DNA of 60,109 nt from Phenylobacterium sp. (GTDB lineage Bacteria; Pseudomonadota; Alphaproteobacteria; Caulobacterales; Caulobacteraceae). Position 1 is the stretch's first letter. Each line of letters begins with the position of its first letter. The position numbers were made by a program, and so were the translations under genes. This document shows positions 30,624 to 39,810 of the stretch, piece after piece. Where the stretch lies: NCBI RefSeq assembly GCF_031425575.1, contig NZ_JANPJP010000358.1, forward strand, positions 1 through 60,109. The letters run 5' to 3'. The notes under the pieces are model-generated. The model did no database searches. It saw nothing but the letters and a program-made list of their open reading frames with translations, and had not been told where the DNA came from.

Positions 30624-31649
30624 TCAGCTTAGCGCCTGTATGCGCCAGTCTGACGGCGTGACGCCGCTTGCGGCCTTGAAGGCGCGGTTGAACGGCCCGA
30701 GCGAGGCGAAACCGACCTCGTAGGCGATGCTGGAAACCGGGCTGAGGGCGCGGTCGGGGTCGGCGAGCGCGATCTTAGCGGCAAGGATGCGGCGCTCGTT
30801 CAGATAGGCGCTGAAGTTGCGGTAGCCGAGCTCGGTGTTGATGAGGCGCCGCAGGCGATGCTCAGGCGCGCCGACCTGTGTGGCGAGATCGAACATCGTC
30901 AGGGCCTCGGTGCGCCAGATTTCCTCCTCGTCCATCGCTCGGCTCAGGCGTGACAGGAGGGCCTGGTCTATGGCGTTCCCGGGCGGGGGGGAGACGCGCG
31001 GCGCGGACTGGAGGAGATCGCTGTTGAGGTGAAGGAAGACCGCCATGCCCGACAGGCTCAGGATCAGCAGCGCAATTGCGCCGACGGGCGCGAGTTCCGG
31101 CATCGGCCGCCAGAGCATCTGAGCGACCTCGAGCACCACCACCAGCAAGGCGTAGCCCGCCGCGCTGGCCAGCACAGGGCCGCGAAGCTTTCGCCGGCTT
31201 TCCACCAGGTCGTCCCGCCAGCCGCGGGCGATGACATGTAGGGCGTGGCCGATCATGCCGATGGCGACGATGGAATAGATCACCCACGCGGCTTGCGCGA
31301 AGGTTGGCCGGACCAGGAGGCCCGCCAACGCCAGCAGGAGGTTTGCGGCGGCGGGCGCGAACCGGCGCCAGAGCGGCCGTGCCTCGTCGGAAAACAGGTC
31401 GGTGGCGAAGGTCCAGAAAAAGCCGGCCCCCGTGATCGAGAGCAGCCAGATGACCGGGAACGCCGCACCGGTCACCAGCCGCGCGGACGGCGACTGGCTC
31501 AGGACGTGACCGGCGGCGGTGAGGCAGAATAGGACCCCGCTCAGGCGCAACCGCGCCGGGTTTGCCCGCCCAAAGCAAAGCGCCAGGCCAAGGAAGCCGC
31601 CCATGGCGGCGCCGCGCACCAGAAGCTCGATCAACACCAGTTCGCCCAT
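30624..31649 (-). CDS. Membrane-anchored AraC family regulator (copy A)
   Basis: About 6 TM segments, GWRDDLVESRRKLR, C-terminal HTH RRLINTELGYRNF..GFASLGPFNRAFKAASGVTPSDWR. Confidence 0.9.
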   Translation of the reverse strand: MGELVLIELLVRGAAMGGFLGLALCFGRANPARLRLSGVLFCLTAAGHVLSQSPSARLVTGAAFPVIWLLSITGAGFFWTFATDLFSDEARPLWRRFAPAAANLLLALAGLLVRPTFAQAAWVIYSIVAIGMIGHALHVIARGWRDDLVESRRKLRGPVLASAAGYALLVVVLEVAQMLWRPMPELAPVGAIALLILSLSGMAVFLHLNSDLLQSAPRVSPPPGNAIDQALLSRLSRAMDEEEIWRTEALTMFDLATQVGAPEHRLRRLINTELGYRNFSAYLNERRILAAKIALADPDRALSPVSSIAYEVGFASLGPFNRAFKAASGVTPSDWRIQALS

Positions 31650-31732
31650 GGTTCCCTTAAAGGTCCGCCAGGTGCGTCCGTCGACGCCGAGGGCTCGCCG
31701 ATTTGTCCGAAGCTTCGCCTGAAATGAAATCT

Positions 31733-31757
31733 CTAGCCGATTTTCGTCCACGGCGAG
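31733..31757. promoter_or_regulatory. Putative AraC operator A
   Basis: CTAGCCG-N11-CGGCGAG imperfect palindrome, also present at 42959-42983. Confidence 0.6.
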
Positions 31758-31808
31758 CGGCGGCGCGGCGGCAAGTTCAGGGACGGGTCCTCAAAGGAGG
31801 CCTATCCC

Positions 31809-32942
31809 ATGTCCCATATCGAAGAACTGGCCAGCGAATGGCTGCGCCTACTGAACGGTGACCTGATCCGCTACGCGGTCTTCGCGATCGCGACCTGGTT
31901 TTTGCTCTGGATCGTCCTCGCGCGGCCGCTGGCCGGGCGAAAGCTCAGGGCCGAACGGCCGCCTGCGCGGCGGATGATCGTCGAATTTCTCATCTCCCTC
32001 CGATCCGTGGCGATCTTCTCCACGGTTGGCCTCTCGCTGGCCGTGCTGGATCGGGTCGGCCTGGTCTGGGGTCCGGGGGTGGCGGAACGCCTGGGACCGG
32101 TGTGGTTCTGGGCGTCGCTCGGGTTGATGATCGTGGCGCACGACGCCTGGTTCTACTGGGCGCACCGGCTGATGCACCAGCCGGCCCTGTTCCGCACCTT
32201 TCATCGTCGGCATCACCGATCGAACAACCCGTCACCGTTCACGGCCTACAGTTTCGATCTGGCTGAAGCCGCTGTGCAGGCCGCCTTCGTCCCGCTGTGG
32301 ATGCTGGCCACGCCGACGCCGTGGGGCGTGATCGGTCTGTTCATGATCCACCAGATCTTCCGCAACACCATCGGCCATTGCGGCTACGAGCTGTTTCCGG
32401 CGCGCCGGGACGGACGGCCGTTGATGACGTTCCTGACGACCGTCACCCACCATGACCTGCACCATGCGCAGGCAGGCTGGAACTACGGCCTTTACTTCAC
32501 CTGGTGGGATCGGTGGATGGGCACCGAGCATCCCGAGTATCTTGCGCGGTTCGCCAGGGCGGCCGGTCGCGCACCGTCAATGAAGCCCGCTTTGGCGGCG
32601 ATCCTCGGATTGTCGCTGCTGATCACCGCGCCTTCGCCGTCCCAGGCCCAGACGATGACGGCGTTCACGCGGGATTGGGCGGCCGAAGGGCTCGGCGGGG
32701 TCGTCAGGCTTGGTCCCTGCGCGGAAGACGGGTCGAAGCTGTGCGGGCGGCTGCTCTGGGTTTGGGATGAGAGCCGCGTGAAGCAGGGGATGGTCGGCGC
32801 CGAGATCCTCAAGGGCTTCGTCTGGCGCGGCGGCGCTTGGCGGGACGGGACGATTCTGAACCCTGTGGACGGCAAGACCTACAGGGGCTCGATCCGGGTC
32901 GGCGGTGGATCGGCGCGCGTCTCGGGGTGCGTCGCGCGATGA
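31809..32942 (+). CDS. Sterol desaturase/fatty-acid hydroxylase family protein fused to DUF2147 (C-terminus cut by in-frame TGA)
   Basis: His boxes HRLMH, HRRHH, HHDLHH, NYGLYFTWWDR; then GKLCGRLLW..GTILNPVDGKTY DUF2147-like region; AAGGAGG SD. Confidence 0.85.
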   Translation: MSHIEELASEWLRLLNGDLIRYAVFAIATWFLLWIVLARPLAGRKLRAERPPARRMIVEFLISLRSVAIFSTVGLSLAVLDRVGLVWGPGVAERLGPVWFWASLGLMIVAHDAWFYWAHRLMHQPALFRTFHRRHHRSNNPSPFTAYSFDLAEAAVQAAFVPLWMLATPTPWGVIGLFMIHQIFRNTIGHCGYELFPARRDGRPLMTFLTTVTHHDLHHAQAGWNYGLYFTWWDRWMGTEHPEYLARFARAAGRAPSMKPALAAILGLSLLITAPSPSQAQTMTAFTRDWAAEGLGGVVRLGPCAEDGSKLCGRLLWVWDESRVKQGMVGAEILKGFVWRGGAWRDGTILNPVDGKTYRGSIRVGGGSARVSGCVAR

Positions 32943-33124
32943 TGCGGCAAGCAGGTCTGGCGGCCGCTGGCGTCCACACCCAGCCCCTAGGCAAAGGCGT
33001 CTGTGGGGGGTGGCGACGTTGACCGGCAGAGGGTCCGCCTCCCACCCTCGCCAGGCCTGAGATACGCCCGCTTTCCGCCATGCGGACCCTCGCGCTCCCT
33101 TGCGGTTTCCGCTAAACGCCCCTC

Positions 33125-34204
33125 ATGATCGCCTTCTGGGTCGCAGCCGGCCTCATCTCCGCCGCCGCCGCCGGCCTTGTCCTGCACGCCGCCGCGCAAG
33201 CCGCGCGCAACGCCGGGTCCCAGGATCCGACGCTGGACCTTTATCGCCGCCAGCTCGGCGAGATCGACGACCTCGCCGACCGGGGCCTGATCGCCGAGGG
33301 CGAGCGCAAGGGCGCCCATGCCGAGGCCGCCCGGCGCCTGCTCCACGCCGCTGACGCCGCCGCCCGGCCCTGGACCGCCGACACCGGCCTGCGCAAGCCG
33401 GTCCTGGCCGTGGCCGCCGTCGCGCCGCTGATCGCGCTCGTCCTCTATTTCTGGGTCGGCTCCCCCGGCTTCGCCGATCAGACCTTCGAGTCCCGCCTCG
33501 CCGCCTGGCGCGCCACCGATCCGGCCGCGCTCTCGCCGCCGGAGATGGCCGCCGTCCTCCAGGCCGTGACGATGGAGCGGCCCAAGGACGCCGAGGGCTT
33601 CCACTACCTGGCCATGGCCCACGCCGCCTCCGACAACCCTTCGGCCGCCGCCCGCGCCCTGCGCCGCGCCATCACCCTGGATCCCAAGCGCCCCGACCTC
33701 TGGAGCCTGCTGGGGGAGGCCCTGGTGGCCCAGGGCGGCGGCGAGGTCACCCCCCAGGCCCAGCGCGCCTTCCAGCGGGCCCTGACCCTCGACCCCAAGG
33801 CCGTCACCGCGCGCTTCCACCTGGCCCGCGCCCGCATCGAGGCCGGCGACAAGGCCGGCGGCGTCGCCGCCTGGCGCGTCCTGCAGGCCGATCTGCCAAT
33901 GACCGATCCCCGCCGCGGCGCCCTGGCCTCGGCCATCTCCCAGGCTGAAAACGCTCCGGCGCCCTCCGCCCCCGCCATGCCGCAGATGGACGCCATCCGC
34001 GGCATGGTCGCCGGCCTCGCCGCCAAGCTGGAGGCCAACCCCAGCGACGGCGAGGGCTGGGTGCGGCTGGTGAGGTCCTACGCCGTGCTGGGCGACACCG
34101 AAAATCGCGACACGGCGCTCGCCACCGCCCGCAAGCGGTTCGCCGCCGATCCCGACCTGCTCCAGGCCCTCGACGCGGCCGCCAAGACGGAACCCATGAC
34201 ATGA
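33125..34204 (+). CDS. ccmI: Cytochrome c biogenesis protein CcmI/CycH
   Basis: LYRRQLGEID, EAARRLL, LYFWVGSPG, TPR region, GWVRLVRSY. Confidence 0.9.
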   Translation: MIAFWVAAGLISAAAAGLVLHAAAQAARNAGSQDPTLDLYRRQLGEIDDLADRGLIAEGERKGAHAEAARRLLHAADAAARPWTADTGLRKPVLAVAAVAPLIALVLYFWVGSPGFADQTFESRLAAWRATDPAALSPPEMAAVLQAVTMERPKDAEGFHYLAMAHAASDNPSAAARALRRAITLDPKRPDLWSLLGEALVAQGGGEVTPQAQRAFQRALTLDPKAVTARFHLARARIEAGDKAGGVAAWRVLQADLPMTDPRRGALASAISQAENAPAPSAPAMPQMDAIRGMVAGLAAKLEANPSDGEGWVRLVRSYAVLGDTENRDTALATARKRFAADPDLLQALDAAAKTEPMT

Positions 34205-34701
34205 GCGGCTGGCTGCCCAAATCCCCCAAGGCGCGCCGCCGCCTGACCCTGCTGGCGGCCATCGCGCCGGTCCTGGCGCTCGCCGTCGGCCTGACCCTGT
34301 GGGGCCTCTCGGACTCCATCTCCTTCTTCTACACCCCCAGCCAGGCCGACGCCGCCAAGCCGCCGGCCGGCCGCACCGTCCAGCTGGGCGGGCTGGTGGA
34401 GGCGGGCAGCGTGGTCAAGCACCCTGACGGCCGGGTGGAGTTCACCGTCCGCGACTCCCTCGCCGCCGACCGCATCGTCTTCCAGGGCGACCTGCCCGAC
34501 CTGTTCCGCGAGGGGCAGGGCATCGTCGCCACCGGCGCCTACCGCGAGGACGGCGTCTTCCAGGCCAAGCAGGTCCTGGCCAAGCACGACGAGCGCTACA
34601 TGCCGCGCGAGGTCTCCAAGGCGTTGAAGGAACAGGGCGAGTGGCGCGGCGACGGCGAAAAGCCCGGCTACGACACGCCCGCCAAGCGCCCCGTCACATG
34701 A
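34201..34701 (+). CDS. ccmE: Heme chaperone CcmE/CycJ
   Basis: LPDLFREGQG, LAKHDERY. Confidence 0.96.
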   Translation: MSGWLPKSPKARRRLTLLAAIAPVLALAVGLTLWGLSDSISFFYTPSQADAAKPPAGRTVQLGGLVEAGSVVKHPDGRVEFTVRDSLAADRIVFQGDLPDLFREGQGIVATGAYREDGVFQAKQVLAKHDERYMPREVSKALKEQGEWRGDGEKPGYDTPAKRPVT

Positions 34702-36659
34702 TCGCCGAGACCGGCGCCTACGCCCTGATCCTCGCCCTGGTGCTGTCCCTGGCCCAGGCCGTCCTGTCCGTGGCCGGCCGCTGGCGGCGCGCCAGCGTCC
34801 TGGCCGGCGCCGGCGCCGGGGCGGCGCTGGCGGCCTTCGCCTGCGTCGCCGTGGCCTTCGCAGCCCTCATGCACGCCTTCGTCACCTCCGACTTCTCGGT
34901 GGCCAATGTCGCGGCCAACTCCCACACCGAAAAGCCCATGCTCTACAAGGTGGCCGGAACCTGGGGCAGCCACGAGGGCTCCATGCTGCTCTGGTGCCTG
35001 GCCCTGACCGGCTTCGGCGCCGCGGTCGCGGGCTTCCGGCGCGGCCTGCCGCCGGGCCTCAAGGCGGTCACCGTGGCCACCCAGGGCGCCATCGGCACGG
35101 TGTTCCTGGCCTATACGGTCTTCGCCTCCAACCCCTTCCAGCGCCTGGCCCAGATCCCCATCGAAGGCCGCTCCCTGAACCCGCTCCTGCAGGACCCGGC
35201 CCTGGCCTTCCACCCGCCCGCCCTCTATGCGGGCTATGTCGGCATGTCGGTGGTCTTCTCGCTGGCGGTCGCCGCCCTGGTGGAGGGCCGCGCCGACGCC
35301 GCCTGGGCCCGCTGGGTCCGGCCCTGGACCCTGATGGCCTGGAGCCTGCTCACCGTCGGCATCACGCTCGGCGCCTTCTGGGCCTATTACGAGCTCGGCT
35401 GGGGCGGCTGGTGGTTCTGGGATCCGGTGGAGAACGCCAGCTTCATGCCCTGGCTGATCGCCACGGCCCTGCTGCACTCGGCCATCGTCACCGAAAAACG
35501 CGGCGCCCTGGCCGGCTGGTCGGTCTTCCTGGCCCTGGCGGCCTTCACCTTCTCCATGCTGGGCGCCTTCCTGGTGCGCTCAGGCGTGCTCACCAGCGTC
35601 CACGCCTTCGCCGTCGACCCCACCCGCGGCGTTCTGCTGCTGATGATCCTGGGGGTCACCGCCGGCGCGGGCTTCACCCTCTTCGCCTGGCGCGCCCCGG
35701 CGCTGAGCCCCGGTGGCGTCTTCGCCCCCGTCAGCCGCGAGAGCGCGCTCGTCCTCAACAACATCCTGCTGGCGGCGGCCACGGTCACCGTCCTGCTGGG
35801 CACCCTCTATCCCCTGATCCGCGAGGCCGCGACGGGGGAGGCGATCTCGGTGGGCCCGCCCTTCTTCAACCTCACCTTCACCCCCCTGATGGCCGCCCTG
35901 CTGATCCTGCTGCCCGCCGGCCCCCTGCTGGCCTGGAAGCGCGGCGACGCGCTGGGCGTGGCCCAGCGCCTCTGGGTCGCGGCCCTCATCGCCGTCGCCT
36001 GCGGCCTGCTGGCCTTCGCCGTGGTCAGCCCGCGCAAGGCCATGGCCAGCGCCGGTCTTGCCATGGGCGCCTGGCTGATCGTCGGCGCCCTGGTGGAGCT
36101 GGCCGAGCGCACCCGGGCCTTTCGAGGCTCCGGCGCCGAGACCTGGCGCAGGCTCACCGGCCTGCCGCGCGGCGCCTGGGGCATGACCTTCGCCCACCTC
36201 GGCCTCGGCGTCTTCGTCCTGGGCGCCTGTTTCGAGACCGCCTGGAAGGCCGAGGCCGCCGAGACTCTGGCCATCGGCCAGACCCTCAATGTCGGCGGCT
36301 ATGAACTGACCCTGGACCGCATCCAGGGCGTCGATGGCCCCAACTACGACGCTGAGCGGGCCACCATCACCGCGCGCCGCGACGGCGCCCTGGTCTGCAC
36401 CCCCAGGCCCGAGCGGCGCTTCTACCCCACCGGCGGCCAGACCACCTCGGAGGTGGCCATCTGCAGCCAGGGCGCGAGCCACCTCTATGTCGTGCTGGGC
36501 GAGCGCCGCCCCGGCGAGGTCTGGCTGGTGCGCGCCTACTGGAACCCCTGGGCCCTGCTGATCTTCCTGGGCCCCGCCATCATGGCGCTGGGCGGCCTCA
36601 TCTCCCTGTCAGACCGCCGCCTGCGGCTGGCCGTGGGACGCCGGGCGGTCGCCGAATGA
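34698..36659 (+). CDS. ccmF: Heme lyase CcmF/CycK
   Basis: WGSHEGS, LNPLLQD, WAYYELGWGGWWFWDPVENASFMPW; ATG 34698. Confidence 0.96.
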   Translation: MIAETGAYALILALVLSLAQAVLSVAGRWRRASVLAGAGAGAALAAFACVAVAFAALMHAFVTSDFSVANVAANSHTEKPMLYKVAGTWGSHEGSMLLWCLALTGFGAAVAGFRRGLPPGLKAVTVATQGAIGTVFLAYTVFASNPFQRLAQIPIEGRSLNPLLQDPALAFHPPALYAGYVGMSVVFSLAVAALVEGRADAAWARWVRPWTLMAWSLLTVGITLGAFWAYYELGWGGWWFWDPVENASFMPWLIATALLHSAIVTEKRGALAGWSVFLALAAFTFSMLGAFLVRSGVLTSVHAFAVDPTRGVLLLMILGVTAGAGFTLFAWRAPALSPGGVFAPVSRESALVLNNILLAAATVTVLLGTLYPLIREAATGEAISVGPPFFNLTFTPLMAALLILLPAGPLLAWKRGDALGVAQRLWVAALIAVACGLLAFAVVSPRKAMASAGLAMGAWLIVGALVELAERTRAFRGSGAETWRRLTGLPRGAWGMTFAHLGLGVFVLGACFETAWKAEAAETLAIGQTLNVGGYELTLDRIQGVDGPNYDAERATITARRDGALVCTPRPERRFYPTGGQTTSEVAICSQGASHLYVVLGERRPGEVWLVRAYWNPWALLIFLGPAIMALGGLISLSDRRLRLAVGRRAVAE

Positions 36660-37102
36660 AAAAGCTGCTGGTCCTGCTCGCCGCCGTCTTCTGCGTGGCC
36701 GCCGCCTCCGACCCCTCCGAGCGCCTGCCCGATCCCGGCCAGGAGGCCCGCGCCCGGGCCATCTTCGCCGAGGTCCGCTGCCTGGTCTGCCAGAACGAGT
36801 CCATCGACGACTCCTCGGCCGAACTGGCCGCCGACCTGCGCCTCCTGGTCCGCGACCAGATCCGGTCGGGCAAGTCCGATGATCAGGTCCGCACCTATCT
36901 CACCGACCGCTACGGTGAGTTCGTCCTGCTCAAGCCGGCCTTCTCCTGGGGCAACGCCGTCCTCTGGGGCGCGCCCTTCGTCGTGGTGATCTTGGGCGTT
37001 CTGCTGCTGCTGCGGAACCTTCGCACGCCGCGTCCGTACGCCGAATTGTCCGAAGCCGAGGCCGCCCGCCTCGCCGCTCTCGCTGACAAGGAACAGACGT
37101 GA
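36656..37102 (+). CDS. ccmH: Cytochrome c biogenesis protein CcmH/CycL
   Basis: VRCLVCQNESIDDS, RYGEFVLLKP. Confidence 0.95.
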   Translation: MKKLLVLLAAVFCVAAASDPSERLPDPGQEARARAIFAEVRCLVCQNESIDDSSAELAADLRLLVRDQIRSGKSDDQVRTYLTDRYGEFVLLKPAFSWGNAVLWGAPFVVVILGVLLLLRNLRTPRPYAELSEAEAARLAALADKEQT

Positions 37103-37238
37103 CACGATTGCGCCCAATATCGGTCGCCTTGCTGCTGACAGCGTGACCTAAACGTAACTTGCCGAACGGTTGCACCCTCAGGCATCGAACCTAAGTTGTT
37201 GGTGTCCCGTCCGGGCCCACAGGAAAATTGAAGGCGTT

Positions 37239-38792
37239 ATGACCTCGAAGAAGAACGGCTATCTCTGGGGCGCCATCGCCGGCGTCAGCATCGCCACCGC
37301 CGCCGTCGCCGGGGCCCGCGTAGGCCAGCCCGAGAGCACGCTGGACCGCACCATGCTGCTCAAGACCTCCACGGCCCCGATCTTCGCCCCGCCCCCCGGC
37401 GCGCCGCTGTCCTTCGCCGACATCTTCGAGAAAGTCTCCCCGGCGGTGGTCTCCATCAACGTCACCTCCAAGGTCGACGCCTCGGCCCTGCGCCGCCAGA
37501 TCCCCGGCCTGCCCTTCGACATCGTTCCCCGCGGCGCTCCCGAGGGTGAAGACGGCGACCAGGGCGGCGCCACCGAACGCGGCCAGCCCCGCCTGCCCAC
37601 CCAGCAATCCTCGGGCTCGGGCTTCTTCATCTCGGCGGACGGCTACATCGTCACCAACAACCACGTCGTGGAGAACGCCGAGGAGATCAAGGTCGTGCTC
37701 AAGGACGAGCGCGAACTGGAAGCCGTCGTGGTCGGCCGCGACGAGGGCACCGATCTGGCGGTCCTCAAGGTCAAGGGCGGCAATTTCCCCTTCGTGAACT
37801 TCGAGAACGCGGCCAAGCCCCGGGTCGGCGACTGGGTCATCACCGTCGGCAACCCCTTCGGCCTGGGCGGCACCGCCACGGCGGGCATCATCTCGGCCTA
37901 TGGCCGTGACATCGGCGAGACCTTCGTCGACTACATCCAGATCGACGCCCCCATCAACCGGGGCAATTCCGGCGGTCCGACCTTCGACGTCTATGGCCGG
38001 GTGATCGGGGTCAACACCGCGATCTTCTCCCCCTCCGGCGGCTCGGTGGGCATCGGCTTCGCCATCCCCGCCAACGTGGCCGACTCCACCACCAAGGCCT
38101 TGATCTCGGGCGGCAAGATCACCAGGGGCTATATCGGCGCCTCGATCCAGAACTACACCGCCGAGATGGCCGACGCCCAAGGCATGCCCGGCCAGAAGGG
38201 CGCCATCGTCGCCGACCTGGTCCCCGGCGGTCCCTCGGCCAAGGCCGGCCTGACCCCGGGCGACGTCGTGGTGGCCGTCAACGGCGTCACGGTGAAGACC
38301 TCCTCGGAACTGACCCGCGAGGTGGCCAAGGCCCGCGCCGGCGACACCCTGAGCCTCGAAGTGCTCCGCGACGGCAAGCGCCGCACGGTGGACATCCGCT
38401 CGGGCGTGCGTCCCACGGAAAAGGAACTGGCCGCCAACGACAATTCCGGCAGCCCCCGCAGCTCCGGCGGCCCCTCCGGTCCGGCCGTCCAGCTTCCGGC
38501 CGTCCTGGGCCTGAAGCTCACTCCCCTGGACGCCGCGGCCCGCACCCGCCTGAACATCGACACGCCCCTGCGGGGCGTGGTGGTGGACAGCGTCGACCAG
38601 TCCTCCGACGCCGCCCAGCGGGGCCTACGCAAGAACGACGTCATCACCCAGGCCGGCGGCCGTCCTGTGGCGTCGGCCTCGGACTTCTCGGCGGTGGTCG
38701 AGGCCGCCAAGCGCAGCGGTCGTCCCAGCATCCTGATCGGCGTCTACCGCGCCGGCCGGACCACCTTCCTGCCGATCAAGGTTTCCGGCTAA
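37239..38792 (+). CDS. degP: DegP/HtrA serine protease with two PDZ domains
   Basis: VTNNHVV, TDLAVLK, DAPINRGNSGGP, two PDZ domains; ATG 37239. Confidence 0.92.
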   Translation: MTSKKNGYLWGAIAGVSIATAAVAGARVGQPESTLDRTMLLKTSTAPIFAPPPGAPLSFADIFEKVSPAVVSINVTSKVDASALRRQIPGLPFDIVPRGAPEGEDGDQGGATERGQPRLPTQQSSGSGFFISADGYIVTNNHVVENAEEIKVVLKDERELEAVVVGRDEGTDLAVLKVKGGNFPFVNFENAAKPRVGDWVITVGNPFGLGGTATAGIISAYGRDIGETFVDYIQIDAPINRGNSGGPTFDVYGRVIGVNTAIFSPSGGSVGIGFAIPANVADSTTKALISGGKITRGYIGASIQNYTAEMADAQGMPGQKGAIVADLVPGGPSAKAGLTPGDVVVAVNGVTVKTSSELTREVAKARAGDTLSLEVLRDGKRRTVDIRSGVRPTEKELAANDNSGSPRSSGGPSGPAVQLPAVLGLKLTPLDAAARTRLNIDTPLRGVVVDSVDQSSDAAQRGLRKNDVITQAGGRPVASASDFSAVVEAAKRSGRPSILIGVYRAGRTTFLPIKVSG

Positions 38793-38930
38793 ACTGGCCG
38801 GGAACTGACAGGAGCGTGACAGCCAGAAGTGGACACCGGTTCTGGCGACCGTCACGCGACAGACGAATATGAAAGCCACTGGCTGGTTCAAATGGCATCA
38901 TTTGAACCAGGTAGGCTTTGGGGGGTTGTG

Positions 38931-39602
38931 ATGCGGATTCTGATCGTCGAGGACGACCTTGAGGCGGCCGAGGCTATGGATCGCGGCCTCACCGAGGGCG
39001 GCCACGCCTGTGTCCGCGCCGCCGACGGGGAGGAGGGCCTCAAGGCCGCCCGCGACGGCGAGTTCGACGTGATGATCGTCGACCGCATGATGCCCAAGAT
39101 GGACGGCATCACCCTGGTGGAGACCATCCGCCGCGAGGGTGACCAGACCCCGGTCCTCTTCCTCTCGGCGCTCGGCGAGATCAACGACCGCGTCACGGGC
39201 CTCCAGGCCGGCGGCGACGACTATCTGGTCAAGCCCTACGCCTTCGCCGAGCTCAGCGCCCGGGTCCAGGCCCTGTCGCGCCGCCGCGAGACCGGCTCGG
39301 TCCAGACCCTCCTGCGGGTCGGCGAGCTGGAGATGGACCTCATCGGCCGCTCTGTGCACCGCCAGGGCAAGGAGATCGACCTCCAGCCGCGCGAGTTCCA
39401 GCTGCTGGAATTCATGATGCGCCACGCCGGCCAGTCGGTGACCCGCACCATGCTGCTGGAGAAGGTCTGGGAATACCATTTCGACCCCCAGACCAACGTC
39501 ATCGACGTCCACGTCTCGCGCCTGCGCTCCAAGATCGACAAGGGCTTCGACCGCGCCATGCTGCAGACCGTCCGCGGGGCGGGCTACCGGCTGGAGCCTT
39601 AG
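38931..39602 (+). CDS. uzcR: OmpR-family response regulator (UzcR/ActJ-like)
   Basis: VDRMMPKMDG, GGDDYLVKPY, WEYHFDPQTNVIDVHVSRLR. Symbol is from degP-RR-HK-glnE synteny. Confidence 0.7.
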   Translation: MRILIVEDDLEAAEAMDRGLTEGGHACVRAADGEEGLKAARDGEFDVMIVDRMMPKMDGITLVETIRREGDQTPVLFLSALGEINDRVTGLQAGGDDYLVKPYAFAELSARVQALSRRRETGSVQTLLRVGELEMDLIGRSVHRQGKEIDLQPREFQLLEFMMRHAGQSVTRTMLLEKVWEYHFDPQTNVIDVHVSRLRSKIDKGFDRAMLQTVRGAGYRLEP

Positions 39603-39626
39603 GCGACCGAGCGATGCCTCCCCACT

Positions 39627-39758
39627 CCGCTCATCCCGGCGAAGGCCGGGACCCAGATTCATTCAGGGTGGTAGGAGGTGATCACTTCACCGCGTCTCGG
39701 CTTGGTCTGAGCGTGGAGTGGGTTTCACCTGGATCCCGGCCTTCGCCGGGACGAGCGG
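39627..39758. repeat. REP-like palindrome doublet, copy 3 (between RR and HK)
   Basis: CCGCTCATCCCGGCGAAGGCCGGGACCCAGATTCAT ... CACCTGGATCCCGGCCTTCGCCGGGACGAGCGG. Confidence 0.9.
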
Positions 39759-39810
39759 GGTTTGGCGTGCACGCGCCGCACGCCGCTGGAGCCCACTGAT
39801 GTCCCCCGGC

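Noticed and set aside
32940-32990. Selenocysteine at the in-frame TGA
   Set aside because: The TGA is adjacent to, not at, the conserved Cys position, and no clear SECIS hairpin follows.
37142-37160. UzcR m_5-like box (CATTAC-N6-TTAA) upstream of degP
   Set aside because: CGTGAC-N6-GTAA has three mismatches, too weak without a scoring matrix.
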